Origin: a virus
Taxonomy: Duplodnaviria; Heunggongvirae; Uroviricota; Caudoviricetes
DNA length: 10,859 nt
Strand: one strand, 5' to 3'
Virus record (IMG/VR): IMGVR_UViG_3300003267_000376
Numbering within the stretch: the stretch's first letter is position 1; the number at the start of each line of letters is the position of its first letter. This document shows positions 1-4,592 of this stretch, in pieces. The translations under genes and the position numbers were made by a program. The notes below the pieces were generated by a model, which was given only the letters and a program-made list of their open reading frames with translations, made no database searches and was not told the DNA's origin.

Positions 1-102
1 GGTGAGAGAGGCACACAAGAATTCCCCGCACAGCCACCATGCCTTGCAGCAGGGTGGCATGCTCTGCTACGCTAGGCGGCACAGGCCTGTCTGCTCGCTC
101 CG

Positions 103-147
103 CCGGCCCCCTCGTTACGTGACGGTCGCGAGGGGGTCCGGTTTTTT
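103..147 (+). terminator. Intrinsic terminator
   Basis: CCGGCCCCCTCG (103-114) pairs with CGAGGGGG(T)CCGG (129-141), 12 bp with one bulge, followed by T6 (142-147). Confidence 0.8.
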
Positions 148-158
148 CTCAAAAATGC

Positions 159-186
159 TTGCCAGCTGTGCGGGGTGTGCTATACT
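159..186 (+). promoter_or_regulatory. Sigma70-type promoter with extended -10 (P1)
   Basis: TTGCCA (159-164), 16-bp spacer, TG-C-TATACT (-10 at 181-186), just after a terminator and an A-tract. Confidence 0.75.
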
Positions 187-196
187 GTCAGACAGT
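184..196. promoter_or_regulatory. Palindromic operator copy 1 (ACTGTC-A-GACAGT)
   Basis: Perfect 6+1+6 palindrome overlapping the -10 box and predicted start of P1; the core recurs at four other promoters. Confidence 0.7.
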
Positions 197-375
197 TGGT
201 GGGTCGATGGCAGCCGGTCGCAAGGCCGTTCGCGTAAGCTAGCGGATCCCTCGTTCGGTCAGCCTTCCCTCGCTGATCGAGTGGACTCTGAAGGTCACCG
301 CTAGGCCCACCAACCATTGCACAGGGTCCTCCTCTGACCATGATGCCGGGTGGTCCTCCGTTCCACCCGGCATTG
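194..375 (+). ncRNA. Candidate structured non-coding RNA with pyrimidine-rich anti-SD-like loops
   Basis: Starts at the predicted P1 start site. 11-bp closing stem 195-205/304-314; GCAA-capped hairpin 215-228; stem 240-245/298-303; 9-bp hairpin 255-280 (loop CUUCCCUC); hairpin 325-339 (loop CUCCUCU); 11-bp hairpin 343-373 (loop UCCUCCGUU). No convincing CDS. Confidence 0.6.
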
Positions 376-384
376 TGGTAGAAT
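376..384 (+). promoter_or_regulatory. Extended -10 promoter for a leaderless operon
   Basis: TG-G-TAGAAT (376-384); the ATG at 391 sits at the expected start site and has no SD. Confidence 0.6.
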
Positions 385-390
385 CAAGTC

Positions 391-699
391 ATGGCACATC
401 TGAAGGACCTCCTGGTGCATGGCACCATTAGCAGCTACACCAATGGCCGCTGTCGCTGTGACGACTGTCGCCGCGCCATGCGCACCTACACCGCCGCCCG
501 CCGGGCGCGCTTCAAGAACGACCCCTCCCGCATCCCGAGCTGGGCCCATGGCACCGAGGGGGGCTACGTCAACTACTCCTGTCGCTGTGACCGCTGCCGG
601 GCCGAGCACACCCGCTACACCCGCGTTGCCAACCATCTCAAGGGCATCCATATTCCTGGTCGACGTGCCTATTGGCGCCAGCGCGAGGAGCAGCGATGA
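391..699 (+). CDS. Small basic protein with two HG-x-Y-x-CRCxxCR putative zinc-binding repeats
   Basis: HGTISSYTNGRCRCDDCR and HGTEGGYVNYSCRCDRCR; 102 aa; stop overlaps the next ATG (ATGA). Confidence 0.85.
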   Translation: MAHLKDLLVHGTISSYTNGRCRCDDCRRAMRTYTAARRARFKNDPSRIPSWAHGTEGGYVNYSCRCDRCRAEHTRYTRVANHLKGIHIPGRRAYWRQREEQR

Positions 700-896
700 C
701 CCGACACAATCTGTTGACCGATAAGATCGAGCGGATTCGGCTGGACCGCTGGGACCGCCTAATGCGCGAGGGCGGCAAGTTCCCTTGCGGCGATTGCGGC
801 CAGATGGTCACGGCCACCGAACTCCATACATGGGACGACTGCCGGAAGTGGGAGGCCGCCGAGTACGCCCGCCTGATGCGCGAGCGGCAGCCATGA
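696..896 (+). CDS. Small putative zinc-finger protein (CxxC...H...C), 66 aa
   Basis: ATGA overlaps at both ends, GAGGAG upstream, motif CGDC...HTWDDC. Start placed at ATG 696. Confidence 0.7.
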   Translation: MTRHNLLTDKIERIRLDRWDRLMREGGKFPCGDCGQMVTATELHTWDDCRKWEAAEYARLMRERQP

Positions 897-1180
897 CCAA
901 TCGTGAAGTCTGGCACGGTCGCTATTCGACCTACATCCAGTACCACTGTCGCTGTGAGGCGTGCTGTCGCGATGCGGCGCGCTATCGTCGTGAGCTGCGT
1001 GCCAAGCGCGCGCAGCTGGGGGTGGTCATGGTCGGTCCGCGCAAGGGCCAGGAGCCAGAGCATGGCATCTACCGCTACCAGCGCTATGGATGTCGCTGTG
1101 AGATCTGTCGCACCGCCCAGCGCGATGTCTCCCGCGCCTATCGGGCGCGCCGGCGTGAACGCACCGGCAAGGATCGCTAG
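893..1180 (+). CDS. Paralogue of 391..699 with two HG..CRCxxC repeats, 95 aa
   Basis: HGRYSTYIQYHCRCEACCR and HGIYRYQRYGCRCEICR; ATG 893 overlaps the upstream stop. Confidence 0.85.
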   Translation: MTNREVWHGRYSTYIQYHCRCEACCRDAARYRRELRAKRAQLGVVMVGPRKGQEPEHGIYRYQRYGCRCEICRTAQRDVSRAYRARRRERTGKDR

Positions 1181-1190
1181 GCACGCGGCC

Positions 1191-1209
1191 TGCTATAGTA
1201 GTCAGACAT
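1191..1209 (+). promoter_or_regulatory. Extended -10 promoter (P2) with operator copy 2 (AGTC-A-GACA)
   Basis: TG-C-TATAGT (1191-1199) immediately followed by AGTCAGACAT (1200-1209), which overlaps the ATG at 1208. Confidence 0.65.
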
Positions 1210-1381
1210 GGATGAGCATCGCGCGCACGTGGAGCAGGGCGTCGAGCAGCCGCAGCTGACCTTCCCCGAGAATGACCCGGCCTACATCGAGATCCTGCGC
1301 ACCACCTTCCAGTGGCAGGATATCCATGATGACACCCGGGCCCAGATGGTGACCCAGCTCCTCGGTGAAGACTGGGAGTAG
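1208..1381 (+). CDS. Hypothetical acidic protein, 57 aa, probably leaderless (not in ORF track)
   Basis: My translation: MDEHRAHVEQGVEQPQLTFPENDPAYIEILRTTFQWQDIHDDTRAQMVTQLLGEDWE; fills the gap directly after P2. Confidence 0.6.
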   Translation: MDEHRAHVEQGVEQPQLTFPENDPAYIEILRTTFQWQDIHDDTRAQMVTQLLGEDWE

Positions 1382-1382
1382 G

Positions 1383-1583
1383 GTGCCGTATTACGAAGTC
1401 ATCCTGACCATCGCTGATCAGCAGGTGGCCCACCTCAACGTGCCGGTGGGGGAGACGCGTGGCGGCGCGAACCTGTGGGGGGATGACTTGATGGTGATCT
1501 ACCACCCTGAGGAGCTGCCCGATGAAACTGGTCGACGCGACGACCTTCCGCAAGGAATTCAGCCAGATCCTGAAAGCCGGTGA
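1383..1583 (+). CDS. Hypothetical protein, 66 aa
   Basis: In-frame GTG right after the upstream stop, with GGGAG upstream; the last 62 nt overlap the next gene, so the 3' part is uncertain. Confidence 0.5.
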   Translation: MPYYEVILTIADQQVAHLNVPVGETRGGANLWGDDLMVIYHPEELPDETGRRDDLPQGIQPDPESR

Positions 1584-1803
1584 GCCGGTCGGGATCACCA
1601 AGAACGGCAAGGTTGTAGCGCGTCTCGAATTCCCGGCGGAACCGAGTGAATGGGACAAGGTGCGGGCCTGGCCGGGCGAAAACGGGTATCCCTACACCGC
1701 CAGCGACCTGAAAATGAGCCGGGCCAGCGTGCAGGCGGCCCAAAAACGCCGCGATGACCTCCTCCGGGGCATCAATTCGACGAAATCCCGAAATAAGGGC
1801 TGA
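1522..1803 (+). CDS. Phd/YefM-family antitoxin-like DNA-binding protein (orphan)
   Basis: MKLVDATTFRKEFSQILKAGEPVGITKNGKVVARL fits the Phd/YefM N-terminal pattern (..FR..fS..L..GEpV.IT+.G+.vA.L); GGAG upstream. Confidence 0.75.
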   Translation: MKLVDATTFRKEFSQILKAGEPVGITKNGKVVARLEFPAEPSEWDKVRAWPGENGYPYTASDLKMSRASVQAAQKRRDDLLRGINSTKSRNKG

Positions 1804-1807
1804 AAAC

Positions 1808-1837
1808 CCGAAAATACGGCGAAATTTGCCTTTTCGG
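1808..1837. terminator. Possible bidirectional terminator between convergent genes
   Basis: CCGAAAA-tac-GGCGA-aat-TTGCC-TTTTCGG nested inverted repeat with T-runs on both strands, between two convergent stops. Confidence 0.45.
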
Positions 1838-1838
1838 C

Positions 1839-2378
1839 CTACACGGGCCAAATATGAGCCAACACGAAGTGATCGGTGTGGCCATCGATGAACATATCGT
1901 CACACAGCTCAGCCCGAAAGAAGACGCGCGTCTTGCGTCCCCACTTGGTGGGGATATCCGTCTCTTCCTGAACCACTTTGTCAGCTGTTAAGCGCTCCAT
2001 GAAGGCTTCCACCCGGGTGTCGGGCAAGTTCATGATCTGCCACCCGACTTCGCCGGTCATTTCGGTGCTTGACCAGCCACAGATGTGTTCCATGTTCGGT
2101 CCCCAGGCCACCACCCGCCCCGTCTCAGCACGCAGCAAGATGACGCCCCCCACCTCGCGGGGCATATATTCATCGGTGCCGGGTGCATCGCGGATGCGGT
2201 GCATCAGCCCTCGCAGATTGGCCAGCTCTTGCATGCGATCGGTGATGATCGGGGTGGTGACCGGCAAGAATTCGGAGGTCAACTCGAGCATCTCGAGGGT
2301 GGTCTTCAGACAACGGTTGATGAGTTCGGCTTCGCGCGGCCTCAATTGCACGACCACATCGCGGTTCGCGAGTGTCAT
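1839..2378 (-). CDS. PAS-domain protein with a helical N-terminal region, 179 aa
   Basis: GVILLRAETGRVVAWGPNMEHICGWSSTEMTG fits the PAS N-core; EETDIPTKWGRKTRVFFRAE and FVLAHIW fit the PAC strands; SD GGGAG upstream. Confidence 0.7.
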   Translation of the reverse strand: MTLANRDVVVQLRPREAELINRCLKTTLEMLELTSEFLPVTTPIITDRMQELANLRGLMHRIRDAPGTDEYMPREVGGVILLRAETGRVVAWGPNMEHICGWSSTEMTGEVGWQIMNLPDTRVEAFMERLTADKVVQEETDIPTKWGRKTRVFFRAELCDDMFIDGHTDHFVLAHIWPV

Positions 2379-2427
2379 GCAAGCGCTCCCTTCTCCCCCG
2401 ACCTGGCATCAAGCCGCCGGATAGCGT

Positions 2428-2472
2428 AAACCGGCTGTCAACTTGAGGTGTCCCGTTGTCGACAGCCGGTTT
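2428..2472. repeat. Inverted repeat / hairpin (terminator, processing site or binding site)
   Basis: AAACCGGCTGTC (2428-2439) and GACAGCCGGTTT (2461-2472), perfect 12-bp arms, intergenic. Confidence 0.65.
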
Positions 2473-2497
2473 GGAACTCTGTCGCGGCGCGAATGCC

Positions 2498-2725
2498 TTA
2501 GCCCTTGCTGATGCCTCCCGTCACGCCCCCCACGCTGGACAGGTTCTCGAACTGATTCGAGGCCTGGTGCCACTGGGACGCGAACTTATTGAGCTCGGTC
2601 TGGCTGGTCGGGAGCTCGAACTGGTACTGACCAATGGTCAGGACGGGATTGGAGCCCATCTTGTTGACGCTGATGGTCTCGTTACCAGTGAGCTTGTAGC
2701 GCTGGACCTGTCCCTGGGTAGCCAT
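2498..2725 (-). CDS. Hypothetical protein, 75 aa
   Basis: Strong SD AGGAGG before the ATG at 2725 (MATQGQVQRYKL...GISKG); the longer track ORF would run through the divergent promoter. Confidence 0.75.
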   Translation of the reverse strand: MATQGQVQRYKLTGNETISVNKMGSNPVLTIGQYQFELPTSQTELNKFASQWHQASNQFENLSSVGGVTGGISKG

Positions 2726-2753
2726 AGCACCTCCTGTGCGCGCCGGATGCCCA

Positions 2754-2782
2754 TTGCATCGCGGTCTGACAGCGACTATCGT
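2754..2782 (+). promoter_or_regulatory. Sigma70-type promoter (P3) with operator copy 3 (GGTC-T-GACAG) in the spacer
   Basis: TTGCAT (2754-2759), 17 bp, TATCGT (2777-2782); GTCTGACAG at 2764-2772; ATG at 2790; lies between divergent genes. Confidence 0.65.
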
Positions 2783-2789
2783 ACACCGT

Positions 2790-2999
2790 ATGGCAATCTC
2801 TGATAGCTCGGAATCGACACGGCTGCCGGAAATGGGTGTCCGCGAGTTTCTCCGCGGGGGATACCAGTCCATTCGCCAACCGGTGCAGATCACGAAGTTT
2901 GGCAAGGTAATTGGTGTGTATACGCCGGTCAGCAATTTTGAACCGACTACAGAGAGGACGATCCGTGGACCCTTCTACTTTTCGACCAGACGCCGATGA
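2790..2999 (+). CDS. Second Phd/YefM-like protein (divergent, orphan), 69 aa
   Basis: EMGVREFLRGGYQSIRQPVQITKFGKVIGVYTP resembles the GvRE...pV.IT+.G+.v...P pattern of Phd-type antitoxins; apparently leaderless start. Confidence 0.6.
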   Translation: MAISDSSESTRLPEMGVREFLRGGYQSIRQPVQITKFGKVIGVYTPVSNFEPTTERTIRGPFYFSTRRR

Positions 3000-3186
3000 G
3001 GTGCAGACCCTCGCGGAGGTGATTCGCGAGGAGTTCGGGGTAGACGGCGAACCGCTGTCCGAACGTGAAGCGCAGCGGGCGGCCACCATCATGATGGACA
3101 AGCTCCACGGCGCCGGCTACGACGTGGTGGAGCTCTACGGCGGAGAGCCATGGACCACCGAAGCCGTCAGCGACTCGGACGACTGA
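2965..3186 (+). CDS. Hypothetical acidic protein, 73 aa
   Basis: GTG 2965 with GAGG upstream; open frame to 3186. Confidence 0.65.
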   Translation: MDPSTFRPDADEVQTLAEVIREEFGVDGEPLSEREAQRAATIMMDKLHGAGYDVVELYGGEPWTTEAVSDSDD

Positions 3187-3410
3187 TCGTCGCCTTCCTC
3201 GTCGCCCTTGGCAGCGTTGGGGCTGCCAGTCTGGCCATTGTGCTAGGCTGGATAGCCCCAGTCGCGATCCGGCTGGATCCCGTCACCAGTCTGGGCGCGC
3301 TCTGCCTCTTCATCGCGCTCGTCGCCCAGCTGTATCTGCTGCTTGGAGGACGCGATGTTGAACCTGGTCCTGGCATTGGTCATGGCCCTCGCGCCGGGGA
3401 CCACCCATGA
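3150..3410 (+). CDS. Small two-TM membrane protein (holin-like)
   Basis: Basic N-terminus, two hydrophobic segments ([24 protein letters not shown]; [19 protein letters not shown]), GGAG SD; precedes a cell-wall-enzyme-like gene. Confidence 0.6.
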   Translation: MDHRSRQRLGRLIVAFLVALGSVGAASLAIVLGWIAPVAIRLDPVTSLGALCLFIALVAQLYLLLGGRDVEPGPGIGHGPRAGDHP

Positions 3411-3777
3411 GATACCGGCGACCGCCGGCCGACTTCCTGCATTTCGCATTTCGGGTACGGCCTCGCACTACCATGGGACTCGTGGTTTCATTGGACAAGC
3501 TACGGTTGCCTTGCCTGGTGTCCTGGGCGGTGCATATACGGGGCGAGCCCATGGATATGTGGTGGTATGCGCGGATCGGTGCGCTACGTTGCCTGTGGTG
3601 GATTTCTGCCAGTGCTACTGGGGGACGGCCCAGCAACGTGTGGTGGATCTCTCGGATGCCGCCTGGCAGGCGGTGACCGATGCGCCGTTCAGCACCGGCC
3701 TCATCCACGTCACGATGCATTCGGTACTAGGACCATCGTCTCAGCCGCCAGCTATTCCCAATACTGCGATGCGGTGA
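3355..3777 (+). CDS. Signal-peptide protein with RlpA-like double-psi beta-barrel (lytic transglycosylase / expansin-like), 140 aa
   Basis: SD GGAGG; hydrophobic N-terminus [13 protein letters not shown]; DPBB motifs [31 protein letters not shown]. Confidence 0.75.
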   Translation: MLNLVLALVMALAPGTTHEIPATAGRLPAFRISGTASHYHGTRGFIGQATVALPGVLGGAYTGRAHGYVVVCADRCATLPVVDFCQCYWGTAQQRVVDLSDAAWQAVTDAPFSTGLIHVTMHSVLGPSSQPPAIPNTAMR

Positions 3778-3792
3778 TATACTGTCTGACAG
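3755..3792 (+). promoter_or_regulatory. Promoter of the tRNA operon (P4) with operator copy 4 (CTGTC-T-GACAG)
   Basis: TTCCCA (3755-3760), 17 bp, TG-A-TATACT (-10 at 3778-3783); palindrome at 3782-3792. Confidence 0.75.
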
Positions 3793-3843
3793 GTGGGATC
3801 GTCACCTTCGTACCAGCCCGGGCGGAGTGTTTCGATCTCACCT
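3791..3843 (+). other. Long 5' hairpin leading the tRNA operon transcript
   Basis: AGGTGGGATCG (3791-3801) pairs with CGATCTCACCT (3833-3843), 11 bp with one G-U; inner stem CAC(C)TTCG/CGGAGTG; begins at the predicted start site. Confidence 0.55.
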
Positions 3844-3849
3844 TTGCAA

Positions 3850-3921
3850 TCCGGCGAGCCTGGGTGGCGCGGTGGTCTCCAAAACCATTAGCCGTGGGTT
3901 CGACTCCCACCGCCGGTGCCA
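3850..3921 (+). tRNA. trnW: tRNA-Trp (CCA), atypical short D-arm
   Basis: Anticodon arm GTGGT-CTCCAAA-ACCAT, T-arm GTGGG-TTCGACT-CCCAC, G73 plus encoded CCA; acceptor CCGGCG/CGCCGG with U.U at 1:72. Confidence 0.85.
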
Positions 3922-3925
3922 TTCT

Positions 3926-4001
3926 TGCGGCGTAGCTCAGCTGGTAGAGCGGGGGACTCATAAGCCCTGTGTCGTCGGTTCGAATCCGACCGCCGCAACC
4001 A
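3926..4001 (+). tRNA. tRNA with CAT anticodon (elongator Met or lysidine Ile2; not a canonical initiator)
   Basis: Full cloverleaf: TGCGGCG/CGCCGCA, GCTC/GAGC D-stem, loop CTCATAA, GTCGG-TTCGAAT-CCGAC, A73, CCA. Lacks the three G-C pairs at 29-31 and the C1:A72 mismatch of fMet. Confidence 0.92.
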
Positions 4002-4002
4002 T

Positions 4003-4077
4003 GGGCCAGTAGCTCAACGGCAGAGCAAGGGACCCTTAACCCCTTGGTTGGAGGTTCGAATCCTCCCTGGCTCACCA
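4003..4077 (+). tRNA. trnK: tRNA-Lys (CTT) with C33
   Basis: GGGCCAG/CTGGCTC, GCTC/GAGC, anticodon loop CC-CTT-AA, GGAGG-TTCGAAT-CCTCC, A73, CCA. Confidence 0.88.
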
Positions 4078-4078
4078 C

Positions 4079-4107
4079 TTGACCTAATGTCTGACATCTG
4101 CTATACT
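4079..4107 (+). promoter_or_regulatory. Near-consensus sigma70 promoter (P5) with operator copy 5 (ATGTC-T-GACAT) in the spacer
   Basis: TTGACC (4079-4084), 17 bp, TG-C-TATACT (-10 at 4102-4107); palindrome at 4088-4098. Confidence 0.8.
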
Positions 4108-4115
4108 AGGTGCAG

Positions 4116-4592
4116 ATGATTGCGTTAGGACCATTTCAGGCTCATTACCAGAAGACCGGTGTGCCAGTAGGCATGAAGATCATGGTAGTGGGGTATGTAC
4201 CTGAAACCGATAAGTTTATGGCTGCCCATGCGGACGGCACGATCGGTATGTTCGATCGGCTGGACGTGACCATGGATTGGCGCTATGACCCCGAGCTCGA
4301 CACCTGGATCTCACCCAATGATCAGGTCGACCTGACCCGGGAGGTGGCCTTTGCCACTGGGGCGCTCGCTTCGATCGCTGCCTATAACCATACGCCAGAA
4401 TGCCCGAATAAGGACGACTTCAGCGTCTGGGATTGCAACTGCCAGACGACCAAGCCCGACGCCATTGCGCGCTGGGCGCTCGAGCGGTTAGAGGAGATGC
4501 ACGATGCCACTGGCCTGGAGGGACCAACCAGCGAAGCACCCGACCCTGCGCTGGTTGGAGCAATGGCTGAAGGAACGGGAGCAGAAGCGTGA
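4116..4592 (+). CDS. Hypothetical protein with an H-x3-C-x9-C-x-C putative metal site, 158 aa
   Basis: Long open frame directly after P5 (start ATG 4116 or GTG 4110); motif HTPECPNKDDFSVWDCNC. Confidence 0.75.
   Translation: MIALGPFQAHYQKTGVPVGMKIMVVGYVPETDKFMAAHADGTIGMFDRLDVTMDWRYDPELDTWISPNDQVDLTREVAFATGALASIAAYNHTPECPNKDDFSVWDCNCQTTKPDAIARWALERLEEMHDATGLEGPTSEAPDPALVGAMAEGTGAEA

Noticed and set aside
207-242. 11-codon ORF MAAGRKAVRVS inside the candidate RNA
   Set aside because: The SD-like GGTGG is buried in the closing stem and the ORF is too short to support; only ribosome profiling could rescue it.
2-304. 100-aa ORF from the track
   Set aside because: It runs through a terminator, a promoter and a structured RNA, and the translation is not protein-like.
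194-314. Self-cleaving ribozyme (HDV-like/theta, twister or hammerhead) in the structured RNA
   Set aside because: CAGC-CUUCCCUC-GCUG resembles the HDV P3/L3 region and GCCGGUCGCAAG resembles twister P4, but I could not build the nested pseudoknot (no valid P1/P2 order or C-N-A-A junction), and CUGANGA/GAAA is absent.
187-314. RNase P, SRP, tmRNA or 6S RNA
   Set aside because: No GAGGAAAGUCC box, no SRP helix-8 motif, no tRNA-like ends, and the fold is multi-branched rather than a 6S-like rod.
450-1101. CRISPR array from the repeated TGTCGCTGTGA
   Set aside because: Repeats are only 11-12 nt, spacing is irregular (129, 367, 144 nt), and they lie in-frame in coding motifs.
2498-2725. WXG100/ESAT-6-like protein
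   Set aside because: ELNKFASQWHQASNQF looks like a WXG100 first helix, but the central WxG and second helix are missing and the N-terminal half is beta-like.
3926-4001. Initiator tRNA-fMet
   Set aside because: It has a U1-A72 pair and A31.G39 rather than C1:A72 and three consecutive G-C pairs.
3850-4077. Host tRNA locus serving as prophage attachment site
   Set aside because: The tRNAs are flanked on both sides by phage-type genes and operator-bearing promoters; no integrase or duplicated tRNA 3' end is present.
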